A stretch of 64,000 bases of DNA from a bacterium (GTDB lineage: Bacteria; Electryoneota; JAOADG01). The DNA is taken from assembly GCA_963681965.1 (NCBI GenBank), contig OY820579.1:2432001-2496000 (forward strand). The letters run 5' to 3'. Positions 48,761-58,446 of this stretch are shown here, in pieces. A program made the position numbers and the translations under genes. The notes below the pieces were generated by a model. That model did no database searches. It was not told the origin of the DNA and worked only from the letters and a program-made list of their open reading frames with translations. Positions within the stretch are counted from its first letter, which is position 1. Each line of letters begins with the position of its first letter.

Positions 48761-51700
48761 ATACGGCAAGGAAATTTAAGAAAGCGGCAGTCCGCCCCGA
48801 TTTTCGGGTGCTGGATCGTAAATGGCAGACCATTTGGAAAGAGCGCAAGCTGTTCGATGTAACGAATGAGCAGCGCAATGACGCGGAACCGTGGGTCTTT
48901 TTCGATGGTCCTCCCGGCACGAACGGCGTGCCGCACATCGGTCACATGATGCAATCGGCATTGAAAGATGTATGGCCGCGATTCTGGACTATGCGCGGCA
49001 AGAAAGTGATTCGCCGCGCCGGTTGGGACACGCACGGTCTTCCGGTCGAATTGACCGCGGAGAAAGAACTCGGTATTCAGACCAAGCGCGGGATTGAAGC
49101 GTTTGGTGTACAGAAGTATATCGACTATTGCCGCGACACCGTATTCCGGTATAAATCGAAGTGGGAAGAGGCGATCGAGCGCATCGGTCGAGAGATTAGT
49201 CTCGACGATGCATACGCGACCTATCGCGAACCGTATATCCAGACCGACTGGTGGTTCTTGCAGCGTGCGTGGCGTACCCAGATCAACGATCAGGGTGAAT
49301 TGCGTTATAGCGACGAACTGCAGGAAGGGTTTAAGCGTCTGGTCTATCGCAATTACCGGATCATGCCCTATTGCTGCCGGTGCGGAACACCACTCTCGAA
49401 TTTCGAAATTGCGCAGGGTTACAAAACCGTTCCGGATTTAACACTATTTGCCAAATTTCCGTTGCGTGACGATCCGAATACTTCGTTTGTGGCGTGGACG
49501 ACGACTGCATGGACGCTGCTTTCGAATGTAGCGCTCGCGGTCGGTCCCGACATTGAATATGTCACCATCGCACTGAAAGAAGCTTCTACGGCGGGAAAAG
49601 CCGGTGAGAAATTTATCGTTGCGAATGCACGGCTGGAAGCGCTCGCCCCGTATTTGCCGAAGTACGACATCATCGACCGGAAATCCGGTTCCGAATTGGT
49701 CGGTGTGAAGTACCGTCCACTCTGGGATTGGCAAGCTTCCGACGCCGATCATTTTGTCATTGCCGATACCTACGTGACTACCGAAGACGGATCCGGTATC
49801 GTGCACCTTGCCGCTTACGGTGAGGACGACTTCCGCTTGATCCGGCAGTACGGCTTGTCGCTGGTGCAGAATGTCGATGAAAACGGCAATGTGCTGGAAT
49901 CAATTCCCGAGTACGGCGGTCGATTCTTCAAAGCGAAGAATGACAAGGGCGACACACTGCTCGATCTCGATGTTTTGAAGGATCTCCACAGCCGCAATTT
50001 GCTGTTTGCGAAAGAGAAACACGAGCACGAGTACCCCTTCTGCTATCGTTGCGATACTCCATTGATGTACTTCGCCCGTGCGGGATGGTTCATCCGCATG
50101 ACCGAACTCAAGACGCGTTTGATCGAAGGCAATCAGACCATTCGGTGGCAGCCGGAACATATCCGCGACGGTCGATTCGGCAATTGGCTGGAAAACGTTA
50201 TCGATTGGAACTTCACTCGCGAGCGGTATTGGGGCAGTCCGCTACCGATCTGGACGAACCGGAAGGAAGGTGGGGAGTACCGGGAATACTGTATTGGTTC
50301 GCGCAAAGAACTCGAAGAACTGGCACTTGACCCAATCCCCGACGGATTCGATCTGCATAAACCGATCATCGACGAGATCCGGATCAAGCATCCGGTGACG
50401 GGTGAACCGCTTTACCGGGAGAATTTCGTACTCGATAGCTGGTTCGATGCCGGCATGATGCCGTGGGGTCAGTGGGGATATCCCTATGAACCGGGTTCGG
50501 TCGAGACAATGGATGGTCGCGACAAGCAATATCCCTGCGACTTCATCTGCGAAGCGATCGATCAGACCCGCGGATGGTTCTATACGCTATTGGCGTGTTC
50601 GGTTTTACACCGAATCGTGGAAGAGGCACGCGGCACGCCTGCCGACAAACTACCGGCATTCAGCAGCTACAAGACGGTCATCTGCACTGAACTCATCATG
50701 GATGACAAAGGTCAGAAGATGTCGAAGAGTAAGGGGAATGTTGTCGACCCGGTCAAGCTGTTCGATAAATATGGCGCCGATCCGGTGCGATGGTTGTTCT
50801 ACGGCTCAAATCCGTGGATGGTGAAGAAATTCTCCGAAGCCGGTCTGGAAGAAGGCATCCAACAGGTGCTCTTGCCGGTTTGGAATGCCTATGTATTCTT
50901 CACAACCTATGCCGAAGCGGATGGTTGGGAACCGACCAGGGATTCAGTGCAGTACTCGGAGTTGGATCGCTGGATTTTAGTGAATTTGCATACTTTGATC
51001 AACAAAGTCACCGAATCGTTGGAAGACTTCGATGTCGCGGTTGCAGCGCAAGCATTCGCGACATTCTTTGACGAATTGAATAACTGGTATATCCGCCGGT
51101 CGCGCCGCCGTTTCTGGAAGAGTGAAAGCGACGAAGATAAAAATGCGGCATTCACTACTTTGCATGAAGTGTTATTGACGGTATCGAAGCTTTTAGCGCC
51201 ATTTGCGCCGCATTTAGCGGAAGAAATTTATTCTGGGATGGCGCGAGTCGATCCGGATCAGAATATTCAGCAATCGGTTCATTTGACGGTTTGGCCTACG
51301 AAAGTGGCTATCACTGAAGAAGAGAAGTGGTTGTTGGAAAAACACCAGATGGTGCGGGAAATCGTGACGGATGGACACTTTTTGCGACAGACCGCGAATT
51401 TGCGCGTACGTCAACCACTAAGTGAATTGAAGGTCTTTGGAGCCGGTGTCGATAATAAAGTATTAGCCGATATCGTTCAATCAATTGACATCATCACCGA
51501 CGAATTGAATGTGAAGCAGGTCACTTTTGTGGAATCTGCACAAGAGTTGGTCTCTTTCGTTGCCAAGCCGAATCTGAAGATTTTAGGTCCTAGACTCGGC
51601 GGGAAACTTAAGACGGTAACGGAAGGGATTAAACAGCTCGTATCCAGTGACATTGCGGTGTTGAAAGCTGGCAAAGCAATTGTTGTTACTGGTGAATCCC

Positions 51701-52083
51701 TGACTAGCGGCGATGTGTTAATTGATTGTGTTGCCGCAACCAATTGGGTGGCGCGATCGGAAGGTAACTGGATCGTAGCACTCAATACTGAACTGGACGA
51801 AGGTTTGCTTGCGGAGGGATTCGTACGCGAGCTGGTAAATCGGTTGCAGAACGCCCGCAAAAATGCCGATTTTCATGTTACCGATCGGATTCGGGTTACA
51901 CTCTGGGGCGCCGACAATTGTTTAGCGCCATTGGACCAACCAGAGTTAAGGAATTACCTGGAGCGGGAAACACTGTGTGTAGAATTGATCGTCGCGTCCG
52001 ATTTAGGCGCCATGGCTGAACAGGATGTTTCCGGCAAATCGGTCGCCTGGAATGTCGAACGAGTTTCCAATACAAAGGATTAA
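48757..52083 (+). CDS. ileS: Isoleucine--tRNA ligase (type 2, long C-terminus)
   Basis: 'DGPP..NG.PHIGH', 'GWDTHGLPVE', 'WTTT.WTL', 'R.RYWG.PLP', 'DQTRGWFY', 'KMSKS', 'NWYIRRSRRRFW', 'EG..RE.VNR.Q..RK'. Confidence 0.97.
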   Translation: MNTARKFKKAAVRPDFRVLDRKWQTIWKERKLFDVTNEQRNDAEPWVFFDGPPGTNGVPHIGHMMQSALKDVWPRFWTMRGKKVIRRAGWDTHGLPVELTAEKELGIQTKRGIEAFGVQKYIDYCRDTVFRYKSKWEEAIERIGREISLDDAYATYREPYIQTDWWFLQRAWRTQINDQGELRYSDELQEGFKRLVYRNYRIMPYCCRCGTPLSNFEIAQGYKTVPDLTLFAKFPLRDDPNTSFVAWTTTAWTLLSNVALAVGPDIEYVTIALKEASTAGKAGEKFIVANARLEALAPYLPKYDIIDRKSGSELVGVKYRPLWDWQASDADHFVIADTYVTTEDGSGIVHLAAYGEDDFRLIRQYGLSLVQNVDENGNVLESIPEYGGRFFKAKNDKGDTLLDLDVLKDLHSRNLLFAKEKHEHEYPFCYRCDTPLMYFARAGWFIRMTELKTRLIEGNQTIRWQPEHIRDGRFGNWLENVIDWNFTRERYWGSPLPIWTNRKEGGEYREYCIGSRKELEELALDPIPDGFDLHKPIIDEIRIKHPVTGEPLYRENFVLDSWFDAGMMPWGQWGYPYEPGSVETMDGRDKQYPCDFICEAIDQTRGWFYTLLACSVLHRIVEEARGTPADKLPAFSSYKTVICTELIMDDKGQKMSKSKGNVVDPVKLFDKYGADPVRWLFYGSNPWMVKKFSEAGLEEGIQQVLLPVWNAYVFFTTYAEADGWEPTRDSVQYSELDRWILVNLHTLINKVTESLEDFDVAVAAQAFATFFDELNNWYIRRSRRRFWKSESDEDKNAAFTTLHEVLLTVSKLLAPFAPHLAEEIYSGMARVDPDQNIQQSVHLTVWPTKVAITEEEKWLLEKHQMVREIVTDGHFLRQTANLRVRQPLSELKVFGAGVDNKVLADIVQSIDIITDELNVKQVTFVESAQELVSFVAKPNLKILGPRLGGKLKTVTEGIKQLVSSDIAVLKAGKAIVVTGESLTSGDVLIDCVAATNWVARSEGNWIVALNTELDEGLLAEGFVRELVNRLQNARKNADFHVTDRIRVTLWGADNCLAPLDQPELRNYLERETLCVELIVASDLGAMAEQDVSGKSVAWNVERVSNTKD

Positions 52084-52086
52084 CGT

Positions 52087-52476
52087 ATGTCCGAACCTCG
52101 CTTGTATACAGTGGAAGACGCACCGCATTTTAAAGAATTGCTGGTGAAACGTCGCACTCAGCTCTTGATCGATCTTGGATATATCGAAGATACCGCGATC
52201 AAGACCTCGCTTGCCGATTATACCGGCGATGCCTCGACTTACTCTTATCACATGGCAGATCAGGGTACGGACGCACAGGAACGCGAAAAGGCAATAATGT
52301 TCGCCGGTCGCGAAGGAAAATACCTGACCCAAATCGAGCAGGCGTTAAAGCGGATCGAAGATGGTACATACGGGATTTGCACGGTCACCGGACAGCCGAT
52401 CGAATTTGCTCGACTGGAAGCAATTCCAACCACGACCAAATGTGCTTCGGCAAAGCTAGGTGAAAAGGATAAATGA
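52087..52476 (+). CDS. dksA: TraR/DksA family regulator, two-cysteine variant
   Basis: 'HMADQGTD', 'AL.RI..GTYGIC..TG..I...RL.A.P'. Confidence 0.85.
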   Translation: MSEPRLYTVEDAPHFKELLVKRRTQLLIDLGYIEDTAIKTSLADYTGDASTYSYHMADQGTDAQEREKAIMFAGREGKYLTQIEQALKRIEDGTYGICTVTGQPIEFARLEAIPTTTKCASAKLGEKDK

Positions 52477-52625
52477 ACGTTCGTTCAGAATCTGTCTGCG
52501 ATCGATAACTATAATTAATTGGGTCTTCCAATTTCGTTGTTACACACTGACAATGTTCAGTAAATTGGAGGCGGGGCAAACGTGTCCCGCCTTATTGTTT
52601 AATCGTTACTCGAATCTGGTTTACG

Positions 52626-53159
52626 ATGAAAAAATATCAACCCGCAATCCTCTGGTTCATTATTGCAGCCGTGTGGATTGCGCTTGATCAGATTACCAAG
52701 CATTTTGCCATGATGTATTTGCAACCGATCGGTTCAAAATCGATAATTGGCGATCTGTTGCGGTTTACTTACGCCGAAAATCGGGGCATGGCTTTCAGTA
52801 TTTCAATATTTCCACCATGGTTTCTCTCGGTGGTGAAAATCGTCGCTGCGGTGGTCATATCAATTATTATATTGCGCGATCCCAAAGCTACTTTTCGGAA
52901 TTTTTGCTTTTCGCTGATATTGGCGGGAGCTGTCGGGAATGTGATTGATCGCCTGCACTACGGATTCGTGGTGGATTTTATCGATGTCGACTTTCCCGAT
53001 TTTATTATGCAGCGCTGGCCGATCTTCAACTTAGCCGATTCGGGTATCTCAGTCGGTGTGACACTATTTGCAATCTATCATATTTTTATCGAACCTAAAC
53101 TGGTACCGTTACCACCGAAAAATACAACTTCACTTGCCGGATCAAATGAAAAAAATTAG
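52626..53159 (+). CDS. lspA: Lipoprotein signal peptidase II
   Basis: 'DQITK', 'N.G.AFS', 'GAVGNVIDR', 'VVDFI', 'FNLAD'. Confidence 0.95.
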   Translation: MKKYQPAILWFIIAAVWIALDQITKHFAMMYLQPIGSKSIIGDLLRFTYAENRGMAFSISIFPPWFLSVVKIVAAVVISIIILRDPKATFRNFCFSLILAGAVGNVIDRLHYGFVVDFIDVDFPDFIMQRWPIFNLADSGISVGVTLFAIYHIFIEPKLVPLPPKNTTSLAGSNEKN

Positions 53160-53886
53160 TTGTATCCTGTTTTTCGTCATTTTCCTGATCACTGTGCCGG
53201 TCGCGGTATGTGCCGAATTTACTATACCTCCTCGACCGACCGCATTCGTGAACGATTACGCCAAATTGTTGAGTCCCGACCAGTTGACTCGGATCGAACA
53301 GATTTGTAAAAACATCGAACAACAATTGGACGGAATCGAATTTGCTGTGGTCACCGTTCCATCACTCAACGATTTAACGATCGAAGATGCGACAGTTCGG
53401 TGGTTCGAAGCATGGAAGATCGGAAAGAAAGACAAGAACAACGGTTTGCTATTGATGGTTGCGCCGAAAGAACGAAAAGTAAAAATCGAAGTCGGCTATG
53501 GACTGGAACCGATTTTACCGGATGGGGTGATTGGCGAATTACTTGATCGCGGTTTTGTCAACACTTTCCGGTTGACACAAAATTACGGCGATGCGATCAA
53601 CAACACTGTCAGTATGATCGGTATGCGGGTTGCCAAGATTGAAGGAAAGAAACTGGACGGTGTTCAATTACAAGCCGCAAAGCGTCCGAGTAACAGCAAT
53701 CGATTTCCGTATTGGTGGCTGATTTTTGCGGTAATTTTCTTCTTCCTGCGACGTCGAACCGGCTTCTTCTTTTTTCCGGGCGGTTTTGGTGGTGGCGGCT
53801 TCGGTGGCGGAGGTTTTGGCGGAGGTGGATTTGGCGGTTTCGGTGGCGGTGAATCCGGTGGCGGTGGTGCCTCTAGGAGCTTCTAG
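53146..53886 (+). CDS. TPM domain membrane protein with Gly-rich tail
   Basis: 'VND.A.LL', 'W.IG.K...NG.LL', 'IEVGYGLE..LPD', GGGF repeats, 'GGGGAS'. Confidence 0.9.
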   Translation: MKKISCILFFVIFLITVPVAVCAEFTIPPRPTAFVNDYAKLLSPDQLTRIEQICKNIEQQLDGIEFAVVTVPSLNDLTIEDATVRWFEAWKIGKKDKNNGLLLMVAPKERKVKIEVGYGLEPILPDGVIGELLDRGFVNTFRLTQNYGDAINNTVSMIGMRVAKIEGKKLDGVQLQAAKRPSNSNRFPYWWLIFAVIFFFLRRRTGFFFFPGGFGGGGFGGGGFGGGGFGGFGGGESGGGGASRSF

Positions 53887-53976
53887 ATCAGCAAGTTAGT
53901 ATGTTTATACAAGATTGCATTTGTATCTCGGAACCTCATTTGAATCGATTTGATAGATATTGGGAAAAGGTCGTCG

Positions 53977-54720
53977 ATGCTAAACGTATTTTCTAAAACT
54001 GTCGGTTTGGACGAACGAATCGTTTTTCTTAAAGAGCGCTTCGAAACGGTATTTGGCAGCCATTTGAGCAGCGTTTTGCTATATGGATCTGCCTGCGGCT
54101 CACATTGGCATCAGGACTACTCCGATATCAACTTGGCAATTGAATTCCGGGGTGAGGATATTGATGTTTTGGATTGGGCAACCGGACTGAAAAAAGACTT
54201 TGAGCGCTTCCGAATCGAAGCATTATGGTTTGAAGAAGGGGGCATTTCCCGCGCTGCCGATGTCTTTCCGATCGAATTACTCGATATGAAAACCCGCTCC
54301 CGTGTTCTTTTGGGTCATAATCCAGTAGAAAATGTCATTGTCTACAAACCGGATCTTAGGCTGGCTTGTGAGCGATTTGGACGCGAAAAATTGCTGACAT
54401 TGCGCAGCCACTATCAACGAAATGTCGGCAATGAAGCGGCATTGCGTACGATTCTGTTGCGATCCACCCCGGGCTGGAGTGCAGTATTTCAAGCTGTTTT
54501 GTATATTTGCGATCTACCGATTTCCGAACATGCCAAAGAGCGTGCCGAGGCGGTCGGTGAACGCCTGCAATTTGATTCATCGCCATTTCAGGCACTATTT
54601 GAATGGCGTTCTCTACCGAAATCAGGTGATTTAGTCTTTTTAATGCAACTTTACCGCAGTTATTTACGCGCGATCAAGGGATTTACCGTCGCCATTGATC
54701 AGTGGGAGGAAAATGTTTAA
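53977..54720 (+). CDS. Nucleotidyltransferase-fold protein
   Basis: 'SV.LYGSA.......SDIN' and 'DVFPIE.LD'; located between the TPM and LemA genes. Confidence 0.75.
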   Translation: MLNVFSKTVGLDERIVFLKERFETVFGSHLSSVLLYGSACGSHWHQDYSDINLAIEFRGEDIDVLDWATGLKKDFERFRIEALWFEEGGISRAADVFPIELLDMKTRSRVLLGHNPVENVIVYKPDLRLACERFGREKLLTLRSHYQRNVGNEAALRTILLRSTPGWSAVFQAVLYICDLPISEHAKERAEAVGERLQFDSSPFQALFEWRSLPKSGDLVFLMQLYRSYLRAIKGFTVAIDQWEENV

Positions 54721-55315
54721 ATCGTTATTTATACGGAAGAACCGGGGTGCTGCTGTGCTCTGGATCATATTGGCAGTGATCGTATTAGTCGGAATCATTT
54801 TGTTTGCGTGGGTTCAGGGCGCATATAATAAGATGGTCGCAGCCGATGAAGCGGTAAAAGCGTCCTGGGCACAAGTCGAAAATCAGTTGCAACGCCGTTA
54901 CGACCTAATCCCGAATCTGGTGGAAACAGTCAAAGGATTTGCCACTCAGGAAAAATCGGTGTTGATCGGCGTAACTGAAGCTCGCGCCAAAGTGGGCGGA
55001 GCCGGTGGCGATGTCAATAAGCGGATTGGTGCCGAAAACGAACTCAGCTCGGCTTTGTCGCGATTGATGGTAATCGTCGAAAGCTATCCTCAGTTGAAAT
55101 CGGATCAGAACTTTCTCCGGTTGCAAGACGAACTAGCCGGAACGGAAAATCGGTTATCCGTCGAGCGTCGCCGGTATAACGAAGAAGTCCAAAAATTCAA
55201 CGTGCTGGTTCGGAGTTTCCCGGCAAATATCATCGCCGGAATGTTCAATTTCACGGTACGTCAAACATTCGAAGCGCCTGCTGATGCTAAAATTGCACCA
55301 AAAGTGAAATTTTAA
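54713..55315 (+). CDS. lemA: LemA family protein
   Basis: 'W..VENQLQRRYDLIPNLVETVKG', 'E.YP.LK....F..LQ.EL..TENR....RRRYN'. Confidence 0.95.
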   Translation: MFKSLFIRKNRGAAVLWIILAVIVLVGIILFAWVQGAYNKMVAADEAVKASWAQVENQLQRRYDLIPNLVETVKGFATQEKSVLIGVTEARAKVGGAGGDVNKRIGAENELSSALSRLMVIVESYPQLKSDQNFLRLQDELAGTENRLSVERRRYNEEVQKFNVLVRSFPANIIAGMFNFTVRQTFEAPADAKIAPKVKF

Positions 55316-55427
55316 TCGATCTGTAGTATCCAAGACGATTTTGAATGTTATATTACAACTATCTTAACTCATAACCGGTCAACGTTCCTTGACGTAACAC
55401 TTTGCGCTACGACCGCCAAGGAGGATT

Positions 55428-56270
55428 ATGGACGTAACATTTTGGGGAACACGCGGCTCGCTACCGTCGCCGGGACCGTTAACGGTTCGGTACGGCGGTA
55501 ATACTACCTGCGTGGAAGTCGCATTTGCCTCCGGTGAAATTGTTATTATCGATTCCGGTACGGGTATTCGTCCGTTAGGGAACGATTTAATTTCGCGTGG
55601 AGGTTCCGTTCGCGTGAAATTGTTATTCACTCATGCACATTGGGATCATGTGCAGGGCTTCCCGTTTTTCGTTCCGGCATTTATCGCAGGCAATCATATC
55701 GAGATTTATGGTTCGGAAGCCGCGCAGAAATTGATTCGCGACGATATTTTCGATGCCAGTGACAGTAGTTATTTCCCAGTGAAGAAAGCCGATTTCAAAG
55801 CGACCTGCGCCTTTCACGAAGGGGCGGATTGGCTCCCGAAATTGCAGGGTGCTACAGTAAAAGCATTACCGTTGAATCATCCCGGTGGCGGTTTTTGTTA
55901 TCGCTTCGACGAGAATGGAAAATCGTTCGCATTTGTCACCGATTTCGAATTGGGTCAGAAGTATGCGACGGGATCGAGTATTGCCGAATTGCGAAAATTC
56001 GTACATGAAGTCGACCTGCTGGTGATGGATGCTCAGTACACCGACGAAGAAATAGCGATGACGCGCGGTTGGGGACACTCGACATTCAATGAAGCGATCG
56101 ATTTTGGTCACTCTGCCGGCGTCTCCAAATTGGTGTTGTATCATCACGATCCGAGACGAAGCGACGAGGAACTCGATCACATCGTAGCGAAATTGCGCAG
56201 CCGCTTGGTCGCCAATCGAGAACCGATGGAAGTCGCACCGGCACGCGAAGGTGAAACACTGGTTGTGTAG
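55428..56270 (+). CDS. MBL-fold metallo-hydrolase (phosphodiesterase-like)
   Basis: 'FWGTRGS', 'YGGNT.C', 'D.GTG', 'THAHWDH', 'GWGHS', 'HHDP'. Confidence 0.9.
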   Translation: MDVTFWGTRGSLPSPGPLTVRYGGNTTCVEVAFASGEIVIIDSGTGIRPLGNDLISRGGSVRVKLLFTHAHWDHVQGFPFFVPAFIAGNHIEIYGSEAAQKLIRDDIFDASDSSYFPVKKADFKATCAFHEGADWLPKLQGATVKALPLNHPGGGFCYRFDENGKSFAFVTDFELGQKYATGSSIAELRKFVHEVDLLVMDAQYTDEEIAMTRGWGHSTFNEAIDFGHSAGVSKLVLYHHDPRRSDEELDHIVAKLRSRLVANREPMEVAPAREGETLVV

Positions 56271-56291
56271 CAATTCGATTCAATTTTACGG

Positions 56292-56326
56292 AAGAGGTTG
56301 GGCAAGCAGTCTGACCTCTTTTCTTT
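56292..56326 (+). terminator. Putative intrinsic terminator
   Basis: AAGAGGTTGGGC-aagca-GTCTGACCTCTT followed by TTCTTT. Confidence 0.6.
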
Positions 56327-56359
56327 AGGAAGACGCTCTAATCGGATGGAGATAGAAAG

Positions 56360-57766
56360 ATGAAAACTTTTTCCAAACCCCCACTCACCATCGATTTTAC
56401 CAATGCGATCAATCCCGGTCCGGCTGGTGCTGGAGCGATTGCAGCACCGATTTTAAATGAAGCAATCGTGAAAGAGCTGAAACTCGCTCTTGCCGACAAC
56501 TACCGGATGCGCGAGACTGGCGAGATTGCGTGGGCGGAGTTACCGCACGAAGCGCAAGCGATTGCCGATCAGAGTGTCGTATTTGCAAAAACGATTCGCA
56601 ATGATTTCGAAAATTTCGTGCAGATGGGAATCGGTGGCAGCGCGCTTGGTGCACAGGCGGTGCTGGAAGCGGTGGGGCATCCGTATGCGAATTTGACCAA
56701 TCAAAGACCGCGCATGTTTGTTGCCGACAATATCGATCCGGATCAATTGAACGGTCTGTTCGATGTTGCCGATCCGAAGAAAACGTGTTATCACATCGTA
56801 ACGAAATCGGGTTCGACTCCGGAGACGATGGCGCAACTCTTCATCGTGTTGGATCGGATCAAAGCGGCGGTTGGCGATAATTGGCGAAAGCATCTTTATA
56901 TCACCACCGATCCGAAAGTCGGTGCGCTGAAGAAGTGGGCAGTCGAAGAAAATCTCCCGACACTGCATATTCCACCGAAGGTGGGGGGACGGTTCTCGGT
57001 ACTCACATCGGTTGGACTACTGCCGGCAGCCGTGGCGGGAATGGATGTCTATGCGATGTTGGAAGGGGCGAAGTGGATGCAGATTCGCTGCTGGCATGAG
57101 AACCCGGAACAGAATCCGGCGGCGTGGTTGGCGGCGTTGTTGGTGAGGGCAGATCGCGAACTTGGGATCAAGATGTTTGTGATGATGCCGTATAGCAGTC
57201 GGCTGTATCGGATGGGGGATTGGTTCCGGCAGTTGTGGGCTGAGTCGATTGGGAAGCGATACGATCGCGATGGCAAGGAGATTTTTGTCGGGACGACTCC
57301 GATCAAAGCGCTCGGTGCGACCGATCAGCATTCGCAGGTGCAGCTTTATGTCGAAGGTCCGAAGGATAAGTTGACGATCTTTGTTGAAGCACCATTCGAT
57401 GGTGAAGTCAAGATTCCGATTGGCTTGCCGGGCGACAAGGCTCTCGCGTATCTCGAAGGGCATGGCATGGGCGAATTATTGCTGACGGAATTGCGAGCGA
57501 CGGAACGCGCGATTGCGAAGGCGGGACGACCATCGATCACGATTAAACTGAGTGGACACAATCCCGAGGCGGTCGGTGCGTTTTTGTATTTGTGGGAAGT
57601 AACGACGGCGCTGGCAGGATCGATGTACAACATCAATGCCTTCGATCAACCGGGGGTGGAAGCAGGCAAGATCACGACGGCGGCACTGCTTGGCAAACCG
57701 GGGATGGAAGCTGAAGCTGACGCCATCAATAAGGAGCTGGCGGCATTTAAGAAGATTGTGGTGTAG
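56360..57766 (+). CDS. pgi: Glucose-6-phosphate isomerase
   Basis: 'GIGGSALG', 'TKSGSTPET', 'VGGRFSV', 'QLWAES.GK', 'G..DQHS..QL', 'AFDQPGVE.GK'. Confidence 0.95.
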   Translation: MKTFSKPPLTIDFTNAINPGPAGAGAIAAPILNEAIVKELKLALADNYRMRETGEIAWAELPHEAQAIADQSVVFAKTIRNDFENFVQMGIGGSALGAQAVLEAVGHPYANLTNQRPRMFVADNIDPDQLNGLFDVADPKKTCYHIVTKSGSTPETMAQLFIVLDRIKAAVGDNWRKHLYITTDPKVGALKKWAVEENLPTLHIPPKVGGRFSVLTSVGLLPAAVAGMDVYAMLEGAKWMQIRCWHENPEQNPAAWLAALLVRADRELGIKMFVMMPYSSRLYRMGDWFRQLWAESIGKRYDRDGKEIFVGTTPIKALGATDQHSQVQLYVEGPKDKLTIFVEAPFDGEVKIPIGLPGDKALAYLEGHGMGELLLTELRATERAIAKAGRPSITIKLSGHNPEAVGAFLYLWEVTTALAGSMYNINAFDQPGVEAGKITTAALLGKPGMEAEADAINKELAAFKKIVV

Positions 57767-57770
57767 AACG

Positions 57771-58300
57771 ATAGGGGCGACCCGCCATACGACGGATCGA
57801 TGCGCACCATGTTTTTTAGTAGGGGAGGCCCTCCGCGGCCTCCCGTTTTTGTATCTTTAATTCTGTTTCTTTTATCCTTTATCCTTCAGTACTGCCCAAC
57901 TCCGATTGGGCATTTTTGTTTTCCTGTATCCTGATTTGTCGTTGCGAGGAACGAAACGTAGGAACGTGCGCAGCACTTCCGTAGCGAAGAGACGAAGTAA
58001 ACTCCTCTTGTAACACACTCCTGATTTGTCGGTTCGAATCTTCTTTTCCGTAGGTCAGAAATTGTTCTGACCATTTCTTTTTCCGTAGGGTATGGCATAC
58101 GCCCGTTATTTTTTATCCTGATCGGACACGGGCGGTTCTCGAACCGCCCCTACTATAAAAAAATGATGAGTCGGAATAAATTTCGACCTACTGCAAAGAA
58201 GGTGTCGCCATGTCAGATGTGGCGTATCTTTCGCGCAATGACAGAATAGGATACAAAATCAAAGATACTAGAACGGGAGCCCGCTGAGGGGCTCCCCTAC
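57771..58300. repeat. Nested inverted multi-family REP-like array
   Basis: Heads at 57819, 57889, 57938, 58050, 58085; mirror tails ending at 58153, 58191, 58242, 58300. Confidence 0.8.
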
Positions 58301-58446
58301 TTCAGGATATGCAATGAATGGAAGTTGTCTCGGTTATGTCTGTTTTACAAGAAATCCGGTTTATAGATCGATGAATTCAAGTTTATTTAGATGAATTCCG
58401 GGAGAGTGGATGAGCGGTAATGATCTGGTGGTTTTTGAACAATTAG

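Noticed and set aside
53779-53870. GGTGGCGGT-type tandem repeats
   Set aside because: They encode the normal Gly-rich tail of TPM-domain proteins
58019-58045. GGTTCGAATC resembling a tRNA T-loop
   Set aside because: No T-stem or acceptor pairing; it follows a truncated TCCTGATTTGTC repeat end
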